This document shows positions 32,101 through 39,803 of a DNA stretch of 39,803 bases, one piece after another. The stretch covers positions 165,940,320-165,980,122 of the forward strand of contig NC_068981.1 of the NCBI RefSeq assembly GCF_001194135.2, in the 5' to 3' direction. Source of the DNA: Octopus bimaculoides (Eukaryota). How positions within the stretch are numbered: the stretch's first letter is position 1; each line of letters begins with the position of its first letter. The notes below the pieces were generated by a model, which was given only the letters and a program-made list of their open reading frames with translations, made no database searches and was not told where the DNA came from. The translations under genes and the position numbers were made by a program.

Positions 32101-32320
32101 AGGTGGCAAGCTGGCAGAATCGTTAGCATACTGGTCGAAATGCTTAGCAGTGTTTTGTCTGCCATTAGGTTTTGAGTTCGAATTCCTCTGAGGCTGACTT
32201 TGCCTTTCATCTTTTCGGGGTTGATAAAATTAGTACCAGTTACATACTGGCGTCAATGTAATCGACTTAATCCCTTCCCTCTAAATTTGAGGCCTTGTGT
32301 TTCCAGTAGAAAGAATTTAT
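32101..32320 (+). mobile_element. SINE family 1 copy, full length
   Basis: AGGTGGCAAGCTGGCAGAATCGTTAGC...GAGTTCGAATTCC (B box)...GCCTTTCATCTTTTCGGGGTTGATAAAATTAGTACCAG...GGCCTTGTG...TAGAAAGAATTTATTA. Confidence 0.88.
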
Positions 32321-32419
32321 TAAAGTTGAAAAAGTGTGACACATTTAGTGACAATTATATTTTTCCTCTATGGTATCACATTGCACATGGCTGTTTATAT
32401 TAATTTATACACACACACA

Positions 32420-33245
32420 CAGCTTCTTGAACCCAGTTCCACTGGGGTGAGTAGGTCTTCTCAAGAACCACAAATTGCCAGTCATCCTGGTCCTTTGCCA
32501 TTTCCTCCATGAGGTCCAAGGTCTTGGGTCCTGAGATCAGCCTTCACCATTTTGTCCCATGTCTTCCGGAGTCTCCTTCTTTTGCTGTCTCCATCCACAT
32601 TGTGACCAACACCTTTATACAGTTGTCTTCATTCCTAAGCATCACATGTGTCCATACAAGCACAGACTTCTTTGTTGCACGCAATGTCTGACTGTAGTAT
32701 CTCCCTAAAATTTCTCAAGCCCTTTCTCACTCTGGCCACTATACTTTCAGAACAAGCACCTCCATTGCTAATTATATCTCCTTGATAACAAAAGCTATCA
32801 ACTACTTGTAGTGAGCCATCCAGACATTTAAGGGAATCTATTTCCAGTGTGCTCATTGTATGTACTTCTCCAGTACATCTATCACATGCAAAGCTTACAT
32901 CCTGTTAGTCTACCTTTGATTATATTAAATCTCTTGTGTATGTAGCTTACATCAGGTTCAGTGTATGGAGTTTATATCTACTTCTTTTCTGCTTATTGAG
33001 CAAGCCCATTACCCTGAAGCTATCAGGGTTCTGTTTTCTTTCCTACTTGCTAAAGCATTAGTCTTTGCGAAGTTTACTTTAAGATCTTTTGATTTTGGGT
33101 TTAACTTCCTCCCTAATTCCCCTATGGATTTAGCTCTGGGAAGTAGATCATCAACATATAGGAGTTTCTATAGAGAGCCAGTCTTAAACTCAGTTGTGAT
33201 GACCTGTAGGACTATGATGAATTGGAGAGAACTGAGCCTTGATGG
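32420..33245 (-). mobile_element. RTE LINE relic: RT to 3' end, with internal deletion
   Basis: Minus strand ITTEFKTG...LLYVDDL...KVNFAKT...WACSI...VVDSFCYQGDIISNGGACSESIVARVR, and a C-terminal RRR..RKTWDKMVK. Confidence 0.82.
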
Positions 33246-33289
33246 TCATCTACCTTCACAATAAACTGTCACTGAAATCATTGACTCTC

Positions 33290-33470
33290 ATGCATATATA
33301 TATGTATATACATGTGTTTGTGTGTGTGTGCATTTGTGTGTATCTATGTAAGTATATGTGTTTATACGTATGTTTGTGTATGTATATATCTATGAATATA
33401 TCTATGTGCGTTATATGTATGTGTATTTATACATGTTTGTATATGTATTTATTTGTGTGTGTGTATACTG
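33290..33470. repeat. Degenerate (TG/TA)n microsatellite
   Basis: Read directly. Confidence 0.85.
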
Positions 33471-33936
33471 AGAACCCCTATCACACATCCCTTTCCTCAC
33501 ATGGTTATGAGTTACCTTTAATAGTAGGCAGTAGAACATTGATAATGATTGGTAATATATTTGTGTGTGTGTGTGTGTGTGTTTTTACTGTCATCATCGA
33601 TTTACTGTCCACTTTTCCATGCTTGCATACAAAACTCAACAGTTCAGTTGCTGTAGAGAATTGAAAACTGAACTTTGCACCAGTCCTTAACTGTGTGTAT
33701 AAGAGAGTGAGTGTGATTGTATTTTACACAGTAACACTGAAATAATGGTTTGAATAGCTCATCATTATTTGGAGACCACTGGTGGGTGTCTTTCAAGCAT
33801 GAAATTGGAGACTTTTTTCAAGGGGTCACAGTATGCTGGGAGTGGTATCTTTAGAAATTTGGACAACTGAACCAAAGGTCAATCTCACAGCTTCTCTTTC
33901 ACACACAAACTTATAGGTAAATATACACACACACAC

Positions 33937-33967
<31 letters not shown>

Positions 33968-35615
33968 CCTACCTACACATACTTGTTTAACATCTGGAAA
34001 AGACACACACTCATACTGTAGAATACTTTCACATCCACATTGTAACACATGGGACAGATTACCCCTACATACATATGTACACACACGCACACACCTTCAT
34101 ACACACACACACTCACCTTCATACACACACACACACACACACACTCTCTTTCTTACATACTCATTACTCTTAGACAAGTGAAAGACCAATGGAATCAGTT
34201 TACAAAGAAAGATTTTCAGCACATTTTCTAATCAGTAAATCAGTTTGGTGTAACAAATGCTATCAAATCAATTCTCCCCATCTTGGTTCATATTACCACC
34301 TCTCCAGAAGCTGAGGACAATGTGAGAAAGAGAGAACAGTGAGAGAAAAACAACATACATACATCAACCACAACTCACTCCAAAGTACACTTCCATTTGC
34401 TGGTTGTTTTTAAATGGTATCTAGTGAATCAACAGGTTTCTGATAGTAAAGCCATCATCATATCATAACTACAGGCATGTCTGCTGCAGGATCGTTTTTC
34501 TGTGCGTTTGTAAAAAAAAATGGATTTTAATTTTCTTCAATATTATCAAGAGCCATGTCCTAAGTAAGAATAGTGTATATGTTTGTGTGAACCTGTGCAT
34601 ACGTATATGTGTGTTTGAACATATCTGTTTCTGTAAATGTGTGTACTTAAGTAGCCATTTGTGTTTTTTGTGGTTGGACGACCATGTATACACTTGAGTG
34701 AATATGTATACATTTTAAGTGAATGTGTATGTATACTTGAGTATGACCACATATGCCTGTTTTTTTTTAGTATGTGTGATAGATTCAACATTTTCTTATT
34801 ATTTGAACTGAAATTTTTTGGTGCTTAATTGCATGTTCAGCTTTTGAAATTTTGTGACAGCGATTCTGAAGTAGAATAGACTGAAGGAAATAAAAGTCAG
34901 GGAGAAATTTGACATCTAAATACTTCAAATAAATTTATGTGTGTTTATATATTGGTAATTAGTAAGTAACGTTTGCCAGTTTGCTCACATTTAGGTATTC
35001 AAAAATATAAAATGTGTGTGTGATTACATATATTTTCTTTTTATTTTGATGTACACATTAAATGGGTCCTGTTATCAACTTGTTGCTACTATAATTTTGT
35101 GTTTTTATGAACTTTGCCTTTTCCTTTCTTGCTACAGAGAATATGAATACACCTGTAAAGTACTAAAGTCCATTAATACCTATGTTAAATTTGTTGCAGG
35201 CCTTCTTTTCTCTTCCTCTTGCTCTATGTATCTATTTCTCACCCTCCACATGTCTCTCTGTTTCTCTCTCTTGTCCCTTTCTTTTCTCATCCCCCTCTTT
35301 GTTTTGATCTCTCACTGCCACTTTTTTCACTGTTTGCCAAGTGAAGATAAGAAAAACAAAACAAACAGCAAATTAAATTTTATTTTTATGGACTTTACAA
35401 TTTCTATATCAATGAATTTCTGAGCATGTGTTTATAAATGTTTAAAATAACTTCCCTAAATCAAATTTCAGTGTATAGGCATTGATAAGAGAGATTAGTT
35501 AACTTCAAGTCCACTGTGTTTGTTTATAATGATGAAATAATTAACATTTATCATTAATTACTGTTTTTTTTTTCTTTTGCAATCTGTTTATGATTTTTAT
35601 GCTTTTCTTCTTCAG

Positions 35616-35695
35616 CTTCCGAAAATCTCTGGCAAACATGGGGTAGAATTGTAAATGAATGGGATAACTTAAAGAAGAAGCCAACCAATTTGAAG
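35616..35695 (+). CDS. EVI5: EVI5-family Rab-GAP gene, internal coding exon (phase 1 in, phase 0 out), immediately before the TBC domain
   Basis: Acceptor GCTTTTCTTCTTCAG|CT and donor AAG|GTAACT. Encodes (A)SENLWQTWGRIVNEWDNLKKKPTNLK, matching the EVI5/EVI5L signature W.LWGRIVNEW. G from the previous exon plus CT gives Ala in frame. Confidence 0.92.
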
Positions 35696-36037
35696 GTAAC
35701 TGGTTTCACATTTAATTCTGTTTGTGATATTACACTAACACAATTTTTGTCCTTGGGCAGCAACTGCTATTTCTTATTCAAATTAAGTTGTGCATATGTG
35801 CAAATTGAGTCCATATGTGTGTGTATGTGTGTGTGTGTGTGTGTGCAAAAAAAAAACATATTTACTAACAGAAAATATGCTGTTAAAATAAATTATTTTA
35901 CATACCTTTTTAAAATTACTGTGATAGGTCCCAATAATCACCTCAGATTCTCTAGTACTGGTGCGATTGATACAGATTAAGTCTAATTTGAGCATCTGTA
36001 AGTATTAAGACCAGTCCTTCAGGTGGTGCAAAGCATG

Positions 36038-36321
36038 CCTTGTAAAAGCACCTGTGCAGCGCCACGTAAAAGTACCTCTGCAATGCCATGTATAAGTGTC
36101 CATGCAGTGCCACATAAAAGCACCTGTGTGGCACCACATAAAAGTGCCTGTGTAATGCCACATAAAAGCACCCAGCACACTCTATAAAAGTGGTTGGCCT
36201 TAGGAAAGGCACCCAGCTGTAGAAACCATGCCAAATCAGACTGGTGTCTGGTGCAGTCCCACCCCACCACCAAGCTGGTCCAACCCATGCCAGCATGAAT
36301 AACGGACATTAAATGATGATG
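36038..36321 (+). mobile_element. Family 3 tail with ~23-bp tandem units
   Basis: About six CACCTGTG...CCACATAAAAG-type units, then GTGGTTGGCCTTAGGAAAGGCACCCAGCTGTAGAAAC...CCCATGCCAGCATG...GGACATTAAATGATGATG. Confidence 0.82.
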
Positions 36322-36455
36322 AAGGATGAAAAAATTTTAATCAAAAACTCTTTTTTTTATGTCATTGTATGAGATAGAGTTTGTAGAACAGAAGTTTGCA
36401 AAAGTTTTCTGAAAATACCAAAAACTAAGAAGGTTATGACTGGTTGCATGGTATA

Positions 36456-36660
36456 CTCTTTTTCTTGTTTCAGTCATTTGACTGTGGCCATGCTGGAGCA
36501 CCGCCTTTAGTTGAGCAAATCAATCCCAGGACTTATTCTTTGTAAGCATAGTACTTATTCTGTCGGTCTCTTTTGCCGAACTACTAAGTTACAGGGATGT
36601 AAACACACCAGCATCGGTTGTCAAACAATGTTGGGGGGACAAACACAGAGACACAAACAT

Positions 36661-36691
<31 letters not shown>

Positions 36692-36857
36692 CATATATAC
36701 AACGGGCTTCTTTCAGTTTCCATCTACCAAATCCCCTCACAAGGCTTTGGTCAGCCCAAGGCTATAGTAGAAGACACTTGCCCAAGGTGCCATGCAGTGA
36801 GTCTAAACCCGGAACCATGTGGTTCATAAGCAAGGTACTTACCACACAGCCACTCCT
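36456..36857 (-). mobile_element. SINE family 2 composite, full length
   Basis: Collinear with 27663-28074 and with the reverse complement of 13477-14292 minus its insert. Confidence 0.9.
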
Positions 36858-36970
36858 ATACTTCAATCTAGAATCAATAAGCTGTGCACATGCACAAATT
36901 TTTTTCCACTTTTTGAATTTGGATTTTGAAGGATTTCAAAAATTATTTTGAAATTATAACCTGAAACAAA

Positions 36971-37527
36971 NNNNNNNNNNNNNNNNNNNNNNNNNNNNNN
37001 NNNNNNNNNNNNNNNNNNNNNNNNNNNNNNNNNNNNNNNNNNNNNNNNNNNNNNNNNNNNNNNNNNNNNNNNNNNNNNNNNNNNNNNNNNNNNNNNNNNN
37101 NNNNNNNNNNNNNNNNNNNNNNNNNNNNNNNNNNNNNNNNNNNNNNNNNNNNNNNNNNNNNNNNNNNNNNNNNNNNNNNNNNNNNNNNNNNNNNNNNNNN
37201 NNNNNNNNNNNNNNNNNNNNNNNNNNNNNNNNNNNNNNNNNNNNNNNNNNNNNNNNNNNNNNNNNNNNNNNNNNNNNNNNNNNNNNNNNNNNNNNNNNNN
37301 NNNNNNNNNNNNNNNNNNNNNNNNNNNNNNNNNNNNNNNNNNNNNNNNNNNNNNNNNNNNNNNNNNNNNNNNNNNNNNNNNNNNNNNNNNNNNNNNNNNN
37401 NNNNNNNNNNNNNNNNNNNNNNNNNNNNNNNNNNNNNNNNNNNNNNNNNNNNNNNNNNNNNNNNNNNNNNNNNNNNNNNNNNNNNNNNNNNNNNNNNNNN
37501 NNNNNNNNNNNNNNNNNNNNNNNNNNN
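36971..37527. other. Assembly gap (557 N)
   Basis: N run. Confidence 1.
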
Positions 37528-37637
37528 ATAATGAAACTGTTAAAAAATAGAATATAAACTCTGCCAATTCTAAAACATAGTATATTTAATTTTTATTGTT
37601 GCACCTTATTTTATATTTAGCAATTTTGATAACAAAA

Positions 37638-37783
37638 GTTTTAGAGTTAGGGTTAGGGTTTTAGAGTTAGAGTTATGAGTATTTTTGAAAAATTTGTGGC
37701 GGTGTATTGAACAGATTTTCACCAAATTTGGCAAAAATACTCATAACCCTAACTCTAAAACCCTAACCCTAACCCTAAAACCC
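37638..37783. repeat. Inverted repeat of telomere-type units (TTAGGG ... CCCTAA) around a 44-bp spacer
   Basis: 37638-37687 versus the reverse complement of 37732-37781 matches 48/50. Confidence 0.93.
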
Positions 37784-39094
37784 TAAAGCTAAAACCAGTA
37801 CAAATGCATGAATGATGTCATAAATAACAGTACCACCGATAGTTGTTGTTGACAAACAACGGCAGTAATTTTATTCAGGGGAAAAGATCCCATTACACCA
37901 CCACCACCACGTGTTGTTGACAAACCACAGCAGTAATTCTTTTCACCTCAATAGACCTCAGTGATTGGTTGAAATTACCGAAATAGGACAACTTTTAACA
38001 TGAAATAACTTCGAATATAAAAATTTTTCTCTGTTCTATAAGACAGAATATTCAAGTATATGAAGTTTTAAAGTGTTTCGGTAGAAAACACTCTAAATAA
38101 GACATGAATAAAAAATGGTGTCCGCCAAATCAAAGATCCCAGAGAATTTTCTCAAAAACTAGCCAAAACAACTATTCTGACTCTATACTTTTAAGCCTTT
38201 GCACAATTTTGATCAGAAAGATAGTTCTTCAAGTTGTGAGGGCAAAATACAATTATAGAAAATCTGAAGAACTTCTTACTTTTTTCAGTGGCAATTGAGG
38301 AAAAGACAGAATTTTCAATGCTAGCAAAATGAGGTCTAAGTGAATGTATTTGTAGATGTATATGTATCTTTGTGTGCGAACATATACATAAATGTGTATG
38401 TGTGTGTGTGCATGTATTTACACACGTATTTGAGTGTACATATACATATATACATGTGTGTGCAGAATATTGTCTTCATTTACAGTTGAGTGGCATCCTG
38501 TTCCTTTCCTCTGGGGAATTTTATTGACCAGTATTTTATTCTTGGAATGTTAACTTAGTCAGTATATGGGTTTAAACAAACAGCAGTGTGTGTGTGAGTG
38601 AGTCTGTCTGTGTGTGGGATATGAAATGGTATTGATAAAGTGTAAATGAATAAATAGTAAACAAACAAAAGCAATTTATATAGTAGTGCCAGGGATTTAA
38701 AGGTTGAAGGGAGAAGAATAAGAACAAAAGGCAGAGAGAGGGAGGATTCCTCCTCCCCTAACTGCTACCTATACTCATTGCTTATCTTTTCCTGTCAGCC
38801 ATCACCCCTGACTGACTTGTCTGCTTAATGGGATTCCTTTGAATCAGTGGCACTCCCTTTCATTTCACTGACCATACCTTTACCTTCTCCACTCCTCTCT
38901 TTGTTCCATCTATATGTATGTGTATGTATTCTTCAGAGCACCAGTAGTATATAAATCTACATTTCATCAACACTGTTTGTGGTCTTTTTTTTTTATTGCT
39001 GTTGATGATGTTTTTACTTTTTGCTTTTTTTTTTTCATTCAGTATTCTTCCTCTATCATTTCTCAATGAAATTTTGTTTTATCATTTTAAGCCC

Positions 39095-39255
39095 TGGTCT
39101 TTTGCTAGGTTCTGAGTTCAAATTCACCCCATCCCACCCCATCAGGAAGTGAGGTGGACTTTACCTTTCATTCTTTTTCCAATTGGTAACTTAAGTACTA
39201 GTGAAACACACCCCCCAACAAATTTCAGTCCTTATGCTTTTAGTAGAAAGGATCA
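39095..39255 (+). mobile_element. Degenerate SINE family 1 fragment
   Basis: TTCTGAGTTCAAATTC...GAGGTGGACTTTACCTTTCATTC...AAGTACTAGTG...TAGTAGAAAGGATCATT. Confidence 0.6.
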
Positions 39256-39292
39256 TTCTAAAATATTTTATTATTTTAAAATTTCTGGTTTA

Positions 39293-39375
39293 ACTCTTTA
39301 GCATTTAATCTGGCCATCCCTGACCCAAATGTTCTACTTGTTTTATGTTAAAACTGACCGCATCCAATCCTCTTA
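39293..39375 (+). mobile_element. Type B piggyBac MITE, left-end fragment
   Basis: TTAA|CTCTTTAGCATTTAATCTGGCCATCC...TGTTTTATGTTAAAACTGACC. Confidence 0.65.
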
Positions 39376-39572
39376 ATTATATTAATGTATGTGTATTTTT
39401 AAAAATATGTTTAAAATTCTGTGTCTGGGAATTTGTTGATTGACCTACACTTTATTTCTGAATTTACCACTTTAATTATTGTTTGTCTCGGATATTCCAA
39501 GCACTTTTCAGTTGCAGCCCATATATTTCGAAAGAAAAATTTGATAACATATATATATATATATATATATAT

Positions 39573-39803
39573 ATTTTCTGGGCAGGGAACACTGACGGGG
39601 TCGGGGGCGTAGGAATACTTCTAGCGGAGAAATGGGTGGATAATGTAATCGAGGTCGTTAGAGTAAGTGACAGAGTACTTAAGATTAGACTAGTGCTTCA
39701 TCATAGATTAGCTACTGTCGTCTCAGCCTATGCACCTCAACCGGGGCTACCAGATGGTCTGAAAGACCAATTCTATGACACCCTCTTGCAAACTACCTCG
39801 TCG
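39573..39803 (+). mobile_element. RTE LINE, AP-endonuclease region; 5'-truncated, open frame to the window end
   Basis: 77 uninterrupted codons IFWAGNTDGVGGVGILLAEKWVDNVIEVVRVSDRVLKIRLVLHHRLATVVSAYAPQPGLPDGLKDQFYDTLLQTTSS (GVGILL, SDR and SAYAPQ motifs of APE-type LINE endonucleases); begins directly after (TA)n. Confidence 0.92.

Noticed and set aside
37638-37781. True chromosomal telomere-telomere fusion site
   Set aside because: Only a few repeat units, a non-telomeric inverted core and an intronic location; a repeat element is more parsimonious. Kept as a finding under that interpretation.

Overview
AT-rich, repeat-dense animal genomic DNA from a gapped draft assembly (five N-gaps). The repeat families and microsatellite load suggest a cephalopod, probably Octopus; this is an inference and was not searched. 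The only host gene I can support is an EVI5-family (Rab-GAP/TBC) gene on the + strand. It has two phase-compatible coding exons, 24664-24815 (RKLEADEKSL...HSRKGSGSS...EEEI) and 35616-35695 (SENLWQTWGRIVNEWD...LK), separated by a ~10.8 kb intron. I could not find the preceding or following exon, so the rest of the window is probably intronic. The non-exonic DNA is transposable-element debris: a SINE-interrupted mariner, a DD37D (maT-type) transposase relic, a Charlie/Buster hAT with a perfect 8-bp TSD, piggyBac-type MITEs, many RTE LINE fragments (one apparently young, running off the right edge), several tRNA-derived SINE families and microsatellites. The most unusual signals are: (i) two short (TA)n-flanked inserts carrying minimal type I hammerhead-ribozyme-like motifs (13693-13743 near-intact, 31301-31335 decayed), resembling Penelope-like or retrozyme elements; (ii) a 48/50 inverted repeat built from TTAGGG/CCCTAA telomere-type units (37638-37781); (iii) several intronic fold-backs that could form dsRNA. 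No prokaryotic system or CRISPR array is present.
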